The position numbers and the translations under genes were made by a program. Of a stretch of 64,000 bases of DNA, positions 1 to 13,118 are shown piece by piece (positions within the stretch are counted from its first letter, which is position 1; the number at the start of each line of letters is the position of its first letter). Source of the stretch: Eledone cirrhosa (taxonomy: Eukaryota); NCBI GenBank assembly GCA_964016885.1, contig OZ024740.1, positions 237,832,001-237,896,000 on the forward strand. Reading direction: 5' to 3'. A model generated the notes under the pieces. It had not been told where the DNA came from. It saw only the letters and a program-made list of their open reading frames with translations, and did not search any database.

Positions 1-2230
1 CTAGGAGACAAGTGTACTTCGCAAGAAGGGAAGCAGAGGAAAGAAAGTTCAAGCATGTTCTACAACGCGAGGACCAAAAACGTGAGGTGTTCAGGATTGC
101 TAGGCAATGTGTCAAGAAAAACCGTGATATTGTCAGGGAGAAGTGTGTCCTTAATGATGATGGTGTACTTGCCATCACTGACGCTGATAAGAAGGTAGCT
201 TGGAAGTGTCACTATGAAAGGCTACTAAATGAGGAGAATAAATGGGAGAAAGACAGTCTCCCCCACATCGATCCAATAGAGGGACCAGCAGTGTTAGTCG
301 AAGGAAGTATAATAAGTAAGGCAATCAAAGATATGAAGATGGGTAAGGCGGCTGGGCCTTCGGAAATAGTTGCTGAAATGCTGAAAGCTTCTGGAATGGT
401 GGGACTCACCATGGTCACCCGGATAGTAAACCAAGTCATACAGAATGGGGTTGTTCCGAAGGACTGGCATAGCAGCATCATCATTAACTGCTACAAGGGT
501 AAAGAAGATGCCCTAGATAAGGGTAACTATAGAGGCATTAAATTAATCGACCAGGTCATGAAGGTCACAGAAAAAGTAATAGCGCAACTAATCAGAGAGT
601 GAATTGATCTAGATGAAATCGGAAAAAGCCTTTGACAGAGTCCCCCATTCCATTATCTGGTGGGCTCTTAGAAAACTAGGTGTTGATGAATAGCTTGTGA
701 AAGCTATACAAGCCATTTATAAAGAAACAGTCAGCAAGGTTAGAATTAACAACGAATATAGTGAAGAGTTTAGCATAAAAGTTGGTGTTCATCAGGGCTC
801 CGTTCTTAGCCCCCTACTATTTATTATTGCCCTTCAGGCTATAACAGTGGAGTTCAAGACCGGCTGCCCATGGGAACTCCTATACGCAGATGATCTAACG
901 CTCATAGCTGAATCAATGGCTGAACTAGAGAAGAAATTCCAAACATGGAAGCATGGCCTAGAATCAAAAGGCCTTAAAATTAACCTGTCTAAGACTAAAG
1001 TTCTAGTTTGTAGGAAGGAAAATAGGGCACCGGTCCCATCCGGGAAATGGCCATGCTCAGTGTGTAGGAAAGGAGTAGGTAGAAACTCCATTTTATGTCC
1101 CAAATGCAAAGTATGGGTGCATAAAAGATGTAGTGGGGTCACAGGTAAGCTAACTAAGAATATAGATTTTATATGTGGCCGGTACTCTGGTGCAATAAGT
1201 AGCAGCAAGTGCCCACAGAATACTAGCTTATTCCTTTGCTCAGATGGTTCTATAGAAATAGTGGACACCTTCCGTTACTTGGGTGACAAAATCAGCAGTG
1301 GTGGAGGGTGCTCTGAAAGTACAGTAGCTAGAGTCAGAACTGGATGGAAAAAGTTCAGAGAGCTTATACCACTATTAGCCGCTAAAGGGTTCTCTCTAAA
1401 AATGAAAGCAGGCTGCATATGAAAGCATGCCTGCATACGAACAGCAATGTTACATGGCAGTGAGACCTGGGCATTGTGTGCAGAGGATATACGCAGACTG
1501 GAGAGGAACGAAGCTTGCATGCTCTGCTGGATGTGTAATAGTAATATACGTGAATGGCAAAGCATAAACGAACTAAGGGAAAAATTAGAAATAAGAGGGA
1601 TCAGATGTTGTTTACTCGAGAGAAGACTACATTGGTATGGTCACGCGATGCGCATGAAAGACGACAGCTGTATAAAAAAGTGCAGGGCAATAAAAATAGA
1701 CGGTAGCCATGGAGTAGGCAGACCCAGAAAAACCTGGGACGACTTGATAAATTCCGACCTCACACACTTACACCTCTCCAAGACAATGTCACTGGACCGA
1801 GATCTTTGGCGCTACACAGTAATACAGAAGACCCGCCTTACCTAAGTACAAAGTGAAAGCTACTACAGTCACTAGGCACTTCTAACAAAAATACACCCCC
1901 GTCCCACCACCCCCATCCCATCCACACCACCCTTTTCAATGTAAAGTTATGTTGGTACCACAACATCCAGTCCGAAACAAATGAGGTCGTGTAGGTGTCA
2001 CGACAAAAAAACACCCAGTCCACTCTGTAATGTGGCCGTGTAGGTAACACGGTAAAAACCTCCCAGTCGACACTGTAAACGTGGTTGGTGTTAGGAAGGG
2101 CATCCAGCCGTAAAAAACCCGCCAGACAGTCCTATGCGAGCAAGACAACCACTCTTGCCTCAAGTGGGAAAACTCCTGTCCAAACCCATGCAAGCGTGGA
2201 AGATGGACGTTAAACGATGATGATGATGAT
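1..2230 (+). mobile_element. RTE-clade LINE, cut by the window edge at its 5' side, with stops, frameshifts and an internal deletion; 3' UTR and (GAT)n tail
   Basis: ORFs 12-602, 697-1422 and 1447-1845 give RT motifs (GVHQGSVLSPLLF, LLYADDL, FRYLG) and the RTE C-terminus (RRLHWYGH...GRPRKTW). The 3' UTR has GGTTGGTGTTAGGAAGGGCATCCAGCCG and ends in gatgatgat. Confidence 0.93.
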
Positions 2231-2360
2231 ATATATATATAAAATATATATATATATAAAATATATTTATTAAAATAATAGATTAAAGTTTAAGCAAAGA
2301 ATATATATATATCCCTTGCAAGCAGGGAAAAGCAGACGTAAAATGATGATGATGATGATG

Positions 2361-2410
<50 letters not shown>

Positions 2411-2470
2411 TATGTATATATTATGGAATACTGTTGGCTTTTTGCTACAATATTTTCTATACCTTTCATT

Positions 2471-2601
<131 letters not shown>

Positions 2602-2793
2602 TATATATAAAGCTAGAGCAAATATTTATTATAAGTATAGATTAAAGTTTAAGCAAAGAATCGCTGCTTTCACCCTTTCCAAAAATGGAGAAAATATATA
2701 TAATATATATATATATTAGGTCGTCAAGTATGAAATTTGTAGAAATTTGTGGGGAAAAAAAAGAAATTTCAACAAATTTCATACTTGATATGT

Positions 2794-2856
<63 letters not shown>

Positions 2857-2929
2857 CACCCTTGCAAGCAGGGAAAAGTGGACGTGAAATGAAATGAATA
2901 TATAGATATATATATATATGTGTGTGTGT

Positions 2930-4330
2930 CTGATGGTAGCTAAGATGCTTCTATAGGCGGTATGCCGGTTGAGCACTCTATGCTCTTACAGAGCAGAGTA
3001 TGATATAATGCGTGTTACAATTGTTTCGCCGGTGGACAGCTCGAGACACAATCATTGTGTGGATCTGTCTGATTCTGGACCTGCAGGTTCGACGGACACG
3101 TCTAATGATTTCGGAGCAAATTCTTTCACTCAAAAACTTAATCCTCTTGAATATGTAAATAAGGTTGAGTTATATGATTGAAAAACCGTTATTTTAAACG
3201 CTATGGAAAGTTTTGATATATTAGTAAGAGAGAAAGAAAGAAAAAAGAAAAAAGGAAAAAGAAGACCACGTTAATTTGGGGAAAATAAATTTTATGTAGA
3301 ATATGGAGAATTATGTTTGTAAGTATTTATCTTATTATAATATTGTAGTGGGTTAAATATATAAATATCTATATATATTTTAATAATAGGATATGTATTT
3401 TTATTACAAAGATAATTTGCGATTATTAGTTGTTTATAATATGAGTTACGAGGGTGTTGATTTTGTGTTTTATGTAGATAAATAAATAAATAAATAGGTA
3501 GTTCAAGTTTTAGGTGGTTGTTTTTAATATGAGTTACGAGGAATGTTAATTTTGTATTTTATGTAAATAATTCTGTTCTGAGATTAATAGAGTTTTGACA
3601 GTTAATTATATAAAAAAAATTCTTCAATTCACAATTTACAGATTTTGATAAAGCCATATTTCGGTTCGCAGGTGCTTTTGAAATGGTTTCCAAGATATTG
3701 AATAGTCTATATTCTTGCTTTTTAAGTTCCATATAAGATGTGAAAGAGAAGTAGAAGATTTTTTATCAGATCTTCTGAAAGAATGATTGTGATTATTCCA
3801 GCGATCTTTAAATTTTGTAGAAGTGGCACCGACATAGTTAAATATATTATCACTAGTTTTAACTGTGCATTTATAAGACTACGTTTTTATCTAAACACTT
3901 ATTTTGTAAAGGGCAGTTTGATTTGATTCTACAGTTACATTTTACGGAGTTGTTGTTGCTCGGAACGGTACTATTATGTTGGATATTACTAATAATATTA
4001 TTATTGCTATTATGGTTATTTTGGTTAGGGTTTAAATTTAAGTTTCTATTATTAATTCTATTTATATTTTGTGCTATGCTCATAGTAGTAGAGTAGGATA
4101 GTTTTATAGTATGTCTGTTAAAGATTGAGTGGTATCTGTGGGCTTTAGGAAAACATTTTTCTAGTGCTTTAAAGAATAGTTTTGCTAAAGGTGTTTTAAC
4201 GCTTAATGAGAATGGGGGTGAGTACCAAATAATATTTCTTTTGTTTGGTTTAGAGTTTAAGTTAAATTGTTTATTATTATTATAATTAATACTAGGGTGA
4301 TTTGCCATGTTATTGTTGTCAATGTATTTA
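2930..4330 (-). mobile_element. 5'-truncated Penelope-like element: C-terminal ORF fragment and 3' non-coding pLTR region
   Basis: ORF 3871-4308 (RNIIWYSPPFS...KLSYST...CNCRIKSNCPLQNKCL) is homologous to the PLE ORF at 53514-55901. A frameshifted GIY-YIG region (YVGATSTKFKDRW) continues to about 3560. Confidence 0.85.
3011..3100 (-). ncRNA. Degenerate type I hammerhead ribozyme in the PLE 3' region
   Basis: Minus strand reads cgtgt-CCGTCGA-long stem II-GAAAC aatt GTA-acacg. Stem I is perfect; the core has 2 mismatches to CUGANGA. Confidence 0.5.
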
Positions 4331-4444
4331 ATTTTATTCGAATACCCTGCTCTATTTAAAGCTTCATTATAATATTCAGCCTTATCATCAAAAATATATA
4401 TGTATGTATGTATAATGTATGTATGGTGTATGTATGTATGTATG

Positions 4445-5080
4445 TCAGGTCACTAGTTGGTGCTACTGGTAACATGTATCCCAGTACAACCTGTCTCATG
4501 GTCGGGTCGTTGGCGACTAAACTGGCAACCCCACCAAGGTTTCTTGGTGAGGAGGGTGACTTTGGACATCCTGCAGGACTAAAAACAAAACCTGTCAAAG
4601 GGCAAAGGAGCTCTTAAGAGTCAATGGCCATCCAAAATCACCGGGAGAGATGACCCCTTTAGCCTTAGTCAAGGCAGAATTCTAGGAGAAGGAAAACTCT
4701 GATATAACACCTGCAACCCTGATGGTATCCAATGATGTTGACTTGTTCTTCTTTTTGGTAAATAGCATCTTGGTTAAGAGAGTGGGACTGGCTTTGTGCA
4801 GTGCCTTTGCTCACTATAAAAGCTTCACGGCACAGGCATTGCTTTATATCTGGAGATCTCTCTGCACTTGTCCTCACATGGGCCCAGCACTATGTGTCAA
4901 TAATTGTCCTACCATGGGCCTAGCACTATGTGTCAATGATTGTCACAGGTGTAGTGTTTGTACCAGAGGTTTCAAGTCGCTGGCTGGACTAAAAAGTCAC
5001 ACTCGTTCAGCGCTTCGGTAGGGGTTATCCTACATGGATGTAAAGTAGTGGCCGTACTCGAAAACGAGTTGGCAGCCACC
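4445..5080 (+). mobile_element. Non-autonomous, internally deleted RTE-like element (5' UTR-like part joined to a C2H2-encoding 3' end) flanked by (ATGT)n
   Basis: RTE-5'UTR-like ctaggagaaggaaaactctga at about 4682; CSVCTRGFKSLAGLKSH at 4950-5000; 3' hairpin actcg-aaaa-cgagt; (ATGT)n on both sides. Confidence 0.55.
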
Positions 5081-5574
5081 ATGTATGTATGTATGTATGT
5101 ATGTATGTATGTATGTATCTATGTATGTATGTATGTATGTGCATGTGTGTGTATGTATAGATGTATATAAAGTATTGGGGAAGCCTATACAATGTGAATA
5201 GGAAATATTTCATGATATTTAAAGGTTAGAAGCTTTTTATGAAGGTTAGAATCAGAGCATTTTGTTCTCACAATCTATTCTTTTGTTGCTATATACAAGG
5301 TGCAAACTGGTTGATGTAACTGGTCTGTGCATGTCACATTTCTACAAATGGTCAATCGCACAACAAAGAAATGGGTTGTCAGAATAAAACACTCCAATAT
5401 TTTCCCATTTATCATTTGAAGAAAATCATAAAATATGTATGTATGGTCCTGTAACTGCTGATAGAGTCGTGAATGTGCCATATTGACATACAGCGTTTCT
5501 TGTGCATTTTAAGCCTGGTAGACCCCATCCCTCTTCAGGCCTGTGTACAGTAAATTTCTTCTAGAGAGAGGAAG

Positions 5575-5720
5575 AATCCACCCCAGTACTAGACTGGTAC
5601 TTTTTTTATCAACCTCAAAATGATGAAAGTCAAGTTGACTTCGGTGGGGTTTGAACTCAGAGAGCAGAGAACCAGAATGAATACCACAAAGCATTCTAAC
5701 AACTCTAACAACTCTGCCAA
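5575..5720 (-). mobile_element. Degenerate Meta-domain-like SINE
   Basis: Reverse-complement similarity to the SINE at 38842-39035 (gagttcaaa...gactttcatc...gataaaa...gtacc). Confidence 0.55.
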
Positions 5721-5879
5721 ATTGCTGCTTATTCATAAAATATGCAAGGTAAAAATATTGTTTTGTCTTCTCATCCTTATTTTACCTTTCTGTATTTCTA
5801 TTTTTATATTTCCTAATCACATTGTGCTGGCTTCAATAATATTTTCTTTATTACATATCTCACAATGCACCATATAAAC

Positions 5880-6245
5880 TATAGTACAATGGTATGGACA
5901 TGTAATGTATATGAAGGATGAGAACTACATAAAGAAATGCAGAGCACTTAAAGTCAAAGGAACCCTTGGAAGGAGAAGACATAGGAAAACATGAGATGAT
6001 ATGGTGAAAGCTGAATTTATGCAGTTGAACCTCGCAAAGATGACCCAGGATCAAGAAAACTGGCATTATTCCATAATACAGATAATTCACCTTCCCACAT
6101 AGCACAAGGAGGATGGCTAACCACCTTTCTTCCTCCACCCTAATCCCAAAGATGAAGAGAGGTGGTACAATACTTAAGTCCCACCTCATGCCTGTCAGTA
6201 TACTTTTGATCCCCTTCTCCTCCCTAAACCCCTCAAATTCCAATT
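5880..6245 (+). mobile_element. Old RTE 3' fragment
   Basis: Translates as QWYGHVMYMKDENYIKKCRAL, matching the RTE C-terminus. Confidence 0.65.
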
Positions 6246-6289
6246 AATTATTTAAACATTGATATTATCAATCCCACAACAAAATATTT

Positions 6290-6606
6290 CATCATCATTC
6301 ATCATTTCATTTTTTACGTCCGCGTTTTCCCTGCTTGCAAGGGTGGGACGGGAATTGATGCTGGCTTGATTTCTACAGCTGGATGCCCTTCCTAACACCA
6401 ACCTCATTTACAGTGAGTGCTGGGTGCTTTTTTGCCGTGGCACCTACACAACCACTTTGCAGTGGAATGATATGGACCCCTGTCCCTATCATCTCATTTC
6501 TACAGCTGAGTAAACTGGAGCAATGTGAAATAAAGTGTCTTGCTCAAGGAAACAACACATCACCCGGTCTGAGAATTGAACTCACAACCTTTCGATTGCA
6601 AGCCCT
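6290..6606 (-). mobile_element. tRNA-derived SINE (CORE-like body, RTE-derived tail), head truncated
   Basis: Near-identical reverse complement of 39051-39438. Confidence 0.88.
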
Positions 6607-7294
6607 TTCATATTTTATGATAATTGGTTTTGCATTAAATACTGCAACCAAGTATTGTTTGATGTAGCCAAGGTATCATACAATGTAGATGAGAGTTGTG
6701 AACAAATAGAACCATACATGGACTTGCTTCAGAATAGATTCCACTCCACAAAGTTTGGTCTTTACTGTGATGATTGACTATTCATGTTGTGGATTATGAA
6801 TGACCATACAATGGATGCTGTTAAGAAGGAGTTCATAGACATCTTCAAGGTAGATATGAATCTAAACATAATTAATTCCTTATATATAATTCTAGATTTA
6901 GGTACTGGTAAATACAGCCTCTATAGTAAAACTAACAAAAAAAGCAGTATATTGATATAAATTTCAAGCACTCCCAATAAAAACTATTACCTAATAATAT
7001 CTAGCATATCCTTAGACAAGCAATCCTTTTGCTGGGCTACTCATTATTACCACAACTCATTAAAATATAGTAACTTCAAAGATAGAATTCGTTACATACA
7101 AAAAACACTAATATTCATAAACACAATGAAATATTATATGATGTAATTTTCCATATACGAGCTTAAATGTTGATTATTTCCATAAATCTTTTAAATATAA
7201 TAAATATAATCTGAGTTTTTCGAATATTAATAATAATATTCGATTCGTTTTGTTATTTATTTTAAATATAACATTTTCTTTTAAACCATAAATA

Positions 7295-7508
7295 TAGGAT
7301 GGGCCAAAAGTCACTTCTTGCCTATTTTCATTAATAAAACATTACAAATTAACTCAAAACTAATTTTTTCTATTTTTAAATTATATTTCATAATTGCATC
7401 TTGTTTTTATTCAACTTTAATCTTAAATGAAAAAAAATATAATATTTTAATAATAAAAAAAATTATGAATTTGTTTTTTTAATAGGAAGTGACTTTTGGC
7501 CCACCCTG
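7295..7508. mobile_element. Tc1/mariner-type MITE
   Basis: TIRs taggatgggccaaaagtcacttc and gaagtgacttttggcccaccctg, TA on both flanks, AT-rich interior. Confidence 0.8.
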
Positions 7509-7857
7509 TATAATAAAATTATTAATAAAAGTGGTAAGGTGAGCTAAATATATTTGGAATTTAAAGAATGATAGTATGAACAATTATAAAATTAATTTGT
7601 CATTATAGAACATATATCCTATATATTAGTTGTTCCAGAGGTTGTTGTCTCAGTATCTAGAAGTATTTATTACAAAGATGATTTTATTCTATTATAATCA
7701 CAGAATAAGGAAATATTTTTTACTTGTTGATAAAACAATTTGGCTGTCATCAAAAATAACTTATACAATTATATACAAAAACTTATATATTAAATGCTTC
7801 AATTTTCGATTTTACTTATAAGGGAGAGTGCCGATGTTAGCTGATTGTCTGAGTTAG

Positions 7858-7970
7858 CCAAATCCTGCCAAGGTTAACTTTGCCTTTCATCCTTAAGAGG
7901 TCGATAAAATAAAGTACCAGTAATGCACTGGGATAATTGCTAGCCTTGTGCCAAAAGTAGAAACAATATT
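7858..7970 (+). mobile_element. Meta-domain-like SINE, 3' part; further copies at 10205-10277, 46608-46712 and 46721-46835
   Basis: gcctttcatccttaagaggtcgataaaataaagtaccagtaatgcactggg...agtagaaacaat is shared with 38842-39035 and 62672-62870. Confidence 0.8.
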
Positions 7971-8573
7971 ATTTATGCATATAATATGGGAAGTATATAC
8001 ACTATATACTGAACACAAACAGCAAATTTACTGAAAATACTGTAGATATCACATATGAGGGTTTGCTGTCAATGAAGGAGTGATGCTAGTCTTGTAAAAT
8101 CTTGCATGTATTAATTCCAACTCTTCTTATTAATAACTGCATTGTTTCTTTCCAGGGACTATGTTGAAAAATAAACCTCATTTGGTCGTTTCATGAGAGT
8201 ATCTTGGTCAGCCTATGAACTTTCCAGTCGACCCTTGTAATTATACAAAACATACAAATATATATTTTATAAGATTATTTAACATTTTCTATGAAAACTT
8301 TATAATGGTTAATATCGTAAGTTATTAATTTCATTTACTTTTGGTAAATAACAACTGAGCTTGATGAGGTGCAGGCTGGTGCAGAGCTCTAATACTTCAC
8401 TAGCTGTTGCCCTCCACTTATGGCTGAGAAAGGAGTGAGTCAACAGCAGGTGGGTTATCAATATCAATAGCAAGCTTACCAGCTGCAGCAGGATAGGGAT
8501 GAATTGGCCTAAATAATAAGTCAAGTTTCAGTTTTTTACCCTACAAATGCTGCTTCCAGATGAGTTCGTTTAA

Positions 8574-8943
8574 CCATTTAGCATTTACATTACTCTGTAT
8601 ATACTATTGTATATTTGCAGTAAAGGCTTAATCTCGCATAATTATCTTACATAAACGTGTTTGGTGTTAGGAAGGGCATCCAGCCATAGAAAACCCGTCA
8701 GAGAGTCCTATACAAGCAAGACAACTAATCTTGCCTCACGTGGGACAATTCCCGTCTAAACCCATGCTAGCGTGGAAGATAGACGTTAAACGATGATGAT
8801 GATGATGATGATGAATATTGAATCTATGAGATTTTGATAGTATTTATTTTGAGAACAATACCTTAACATCTGGTTATGGCCGGTTTGACCAGGAAGAGGT
8901 GAAAGAATTCTGGCTGGATACAGCTGGTTTAAACGCTAAATGG
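8574..8943. mobile_element. TTAA-flanked (piggyBac-like) MITE interrupted by an RTE 3' tail (about 8655-8812)
   Basis: ttaa-ccatttagc ... gctaaatgg-ttaa; an uninterrupted sister copy lies at 46242-46441. Confidence 0.75.
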
Positions 8944-11347
8944 TTAAGGCTTTATGATATTGATAAGAATAGAGGACATCATTTTCTATTGATAATTCAA
9001 TGTATAAAACATGTGTAACAGAGAGGTTGGGTTTCTTGTGTAATGCTTTGTTTTTTTTACCCTCTTCACTAATCTCTCCTGTCAACAACAAAAACTTCAT
9101 CTTTATTTTATCTCCTCTTAACACTTGGTATCCAAGGTCACCCTCTGTGTCTTCTAGTGAAACTTGAATGTCATCTGTGACATCTACTTTACTTGGTCTT
9201 TGATGTAAACAATGAAAATTTCCTGCCCTGAAACTTTCAACATCAAATTCTATTATACCTCCATATCATACAGAAGTTTGGTGCTTCTTCCAACCACACC
9301 AAGTTTTGGCTAAAATGGGTGTCTTCAGTGCCTTCCATGATGATGCTAAATCGAATATTACAGGCTTGAGGTTTGTAGTTTTGATGTGACTTTGACTTTA
9401 TATGTTTTTCATAAGAGATTGTCTTCTTTTATCATCATGAGAACTACATCCTAATATCTTCATTTTCATAATCACTTGCAAGCTACAAATATATCATCAT
9501 CTACTGGTTAACTTGGTTGACTCATGAAGGAGACAAAAACACACACCCTATTTTACCATCTTTACTGACAAGCTGCTTTGGGTTAGATGTGAAATGTTGG
9601 CCCCATATCAAATTGTTCATTAAATATTTTAGCAATCAGTGCTAAATATGGTTTATGTATGTACATTACAGGTATATGTATATATATATATGTACAAAAT
9701 AACAGAACAGAATACAATAACTAGAATTTGTGATGATTAGACCCACTCAAAATTGCAAGCTGCAGTGAAGGCAATCAGTCTAGGAAGACAGTGACTTCGA
9801 ATAAAAAACACCTGCATAGGGCAGATGAGGACTCCATAAGCCAGAGCGAAGGCAGTCTGACTAGGAGAATAGACACACTGAATAAAAACTGATGTAAGAT
9901 GCAGAAGAATCTCAAGTCCAGTAAGACATCCTCTCTTGTGCTGGTGACATGAACAATGCACCCAGTCTATGCTCTAAAGTGGTTGATGATAGAAAGGGCA
10001 TCCAGCCAGAAAAATCCCTGCCAAAAACTATAAAAAGCAGAACAAAGTGTAACACTAATTGTGGTCCAACCAATGCAAGCATGAAAAAACAGATGTAAAA
10101 CAGTGATGAATGCCAAGTGGCCTAAGTGGTCTTTCTTGGTTCCTTCACTCCATCAGATGAGAGTTTGAGGACATCTCCCTGGTATTTTTGCAAACATTAT
10201 TATGGGGCAATAAAATAAAGTACCAGTAATACACTGGGTAATTGCTGGCCTTGTGCCAAAAGTAGAAACAATTATTTAGCGGTATTTGGAATATAACTCA
10301 ACAAAGCTTCGTACATAAAATTATGAAGGAAGAGTTTTACATAGATTTAAATACTTTAAAACAATTTACAATTAGATGTGACAGCTTCATTCTTAAAAGC
10401 TTGGATGATCTAGGTTTGTGACTGCAAATACAACCCAGTGTCCCTTCTATTATCCACTTAGGAGCCCTTCATACTTAAGTAATTTAACTGCTTTCTAAAT
10501 AATTCAATTTTCTATGTGCTTGCTTCATCATGGATAATTTTATGGTTCATTCCATGACTTTGACATGTTTAATGTCCATGTGCTGTAAAAGTTGGAAATA
10601 AAAGAGATGTGTATGATCTTTAACCTACATGAAAGGTAGAAAATATGTGAGCTGAGAGCATGTCTAGGAATATAAACTAATTGGTAATGTATGTGCTGCA
10701 TTGTAGTGAGACACCTGTGCTGAATTTGGAAAATTTGTGGAGACTGGAGATAAATGAAGTGAATTTAATCTGTTGGATGTGTACTGTTTATTAATATGAA
10801 ACCAGTAATGACAGTAGTGATGATGTATAGTACAATATGGGTGAGCTAGGTGAGTAACTGGACATTAAAAGAAATATCAGCTGAAATGATCAACAGAAGA
10901 AAGAGAGATAATGTGCTGATTTGGATGTGATGTAAATAGATGAAGAGTGATGAATGAAAAGTGTTGTATGCTGGTTGTGGAAGTCATTTGTGGTAAAAGA
11001 AGACTAAGATAGGAAGAAGTGGTAATATGGTTGTGGTGGTGGCAGTAAAGATAGATATAACAGGGATGATGGTGGTGGTGATGGGAATGATGAAAAGATT
11101 AGGATGGTATTGGTGGCATTGTGGCAGGTATGATGATGAAAATTATCATGCAGTTCATGATGATGATGATGATGGTTGTGGTAATCATGCTTATAGTTGT
11201 TGTGATAGTAGTGATGATGATAATAACAGTGATTATAAAAGCAATCCACAAAAATCCTCATTTATAAAATATGTTTTTAACTGATTACCTTTCAGGGGAT
11301 TGTTTTATTCCTATGTTTCTCAATAAACAACACTAGACTATATAAGA

Positions 11348-12146
11348 CTAGCATTAAAGCCCGGCGTTCCTCGGGGTCATTAAGTTACCAAAGTTAGGTT
11401 GCACCACCCATTTTATGGCAGCACTTTTTTGTCTGCCAGGCACTGGGTGAATGAATTGCAGACCTGGAAGCAGGAGCTGCGCCAGCAGTGACAATTGTAG
11501 TTTCGCCTATGGATATTATTTCTGTGCAAAAAAGTGTTGAAATGTATTGTTTCACAGTACTTGCGCAACATGCACGTAGACGATGCCAGCCGAACAACAG
11601 AGCTGCGATGGAGTTTTTCTGCATGGTTGTCTGTGTGTTTTCTAAATTTAAGATAGTAGGGAGGGTTGTGATATGAGGGAGAGTTAGCTGTTGTTTCTAG
11701 CAGGTTTAGTGACCTCATAGAGGATATGTGTTTTCTAAATTTAAGACAGTAGGGAGGGGTGCGATATGGGGAGAGTTAGCTGCTGTTTCTAGCAGGTTTA
11801 GTAACCTCATAGAGGATATGTGTTTTCTAAATTTAAGACAGTAGGGAGTGGTGTGAACGGACAGTATCACCATCAAGCTTGGAAAGAGAAAGTAGCAGAA
11901 AGTATGAAGTTGTATAGATTTTGAATGGTAGTAGAAAGAGTTCAGCAGTTTAAATGAGAGAGAAAAATCGTAAAATATTGAGTTTTATCTATTTTTTGCG
12001 TAATTGTGGGTGAAATTGAAAAAATTATCTGCGTCAAGACGCAATCGAAGCTATTTCGAATACTGAATTGTAAATTTCAATTGAAGAAATTCTATATCGT
12101 AGATTTCTATAACGAAGGAGCATGACCACACACTGAGCTTTATAGA
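11348..12146 (-). mobile_element. Non-autonomous Helitron with an internal ~92-bp tandem repeat
   Basis: Minus strand starts A|TCTATA (about 12146) and ends cccg-aggaacgc-cggg-ctttaatg-CTAG|T at 11348. Internal ISIGETTIV...KKCCHKMG resembles a degenerate Helitron Rep N-terminal Zn region. Tandem units lie at about 11634-11850. Confidence 0.75.
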
Positions 12147-12399
12147 TTATGATGATACTATTTAAATTATTTGATATAGAAATGATATCTTGTTCTTTTT
12201 ATTTGTGAGACATTCACAATAAGACTTTATCTCATAAAAAGGAAAAACAATAGAATTGATGATGCATATATATTAATTATTCATTGGAAATGAAATTTAA
12301 TGGTTCATTTCAAATTCTGGTGTGTTATTTTTTTATTTAATGTGTTATTTTTTTATTTTGTGTTCATAGACGTTCTGATAAAAAAATATTCATAACACT

Positions 12400-12679
12400 T
12401 CTGTTACAGAGATATCTGCATATATACTCAAGAAACTATTGCCTCTCTAAATTTCTTCTTGGGACTCAACAGATTCATCATAATTACTGTGCAAACCATC
12501 AAAGATTGAATACCAGGTAAATCAGTGGCTGATGAAATTTTTTGCATTGAAGAGAGAAGAATTCTACCGGGATGGAATCATGTGCCTTCCTAAATGATGG
12601 CAGTTGGGGCAGTTGGTAATCGCAAATAATCTGATTATTTTGACTTGTAAAATTTTCCAAATGTTAAAAGAATTCCAAC

Positions 12680-12684
<5 letters not shown>
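12400..12684 (+). mobile_element. Degenerate mariner transposase C-terminus and right TIR
   Basis: EFYRDGIMCLPK*WQ-like translation; ends ccaacctaa-TA. Confidence 0.55.
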
Positions 12685-12758
<74 letters not shown>

Positions 12759-12775
12759 GTATGTATATATATATA

Positions 12776-12988
12776 TAGAAGTGGTTACACAACAGTTAGT
12801 TGACCATACCGAGAACAATTGTTTCACCTTAGCGGATCCTCAGCTCGCATTCCGAGCTGAGGATCCGCTAAGGTGAAACAATTGTTCTCGGTATGGTGAA
12901 CTAACTGTTGTGTAACCACTTCTACCTAACTCGTCCCATGGACTGAGTGCTCTACCACTACGGATATTACCTTCCAGTGTTCCACCAC
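12776..12988 (+). mobile_element. PLE-type 3' end with a 72-bp near-perfect hairpin, inserted in (TA)n
   Basis: Arms 12776-12847 and 12853-12924 differ by one mismatch, with a 5-nt loop; a gagtgctc motif follows, then (TA)n. Confidence 0.75.
12852..12891 (+). ncRNA. Minimal type I hammerhead ribozyme (inverted copy at about 12809-12847 on the minus strand)
   Basis: ccgag-CTGAGGA-tccgctaaggt-GAAAC aatt GTT-ctcgg; palindromic stem III, GUU triplet. Confidence 0.8.
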
Positions 12989-13069
12989 TATATATATATA
13001 TATATATATGTATACCGTCTAACCCATGCTAGCGTGGAAGATGGACGTTAAACGATGATGATGATGATG

Positions 13070-13108
<39 letters not shown>

Positions 13109-13118
13109 AAAATGTTTA

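Noticed and set aside
834-1565. Recurring antisense ORFs opposite the RTE copies (also 34977-35627 and 56782-58563)
   Set aside because: Shadow frames of the RT coding sequence with no independent motifs.
6670-6850. FGLYCDD-like Penelope RT remnant
   Set aside because: Too short and degenerate to support without an alignment.
8150-9530. Possible host exons
   Set aside because: No convincing splice-flanked frame; pieces resemble decayed mariner ends or transposase.
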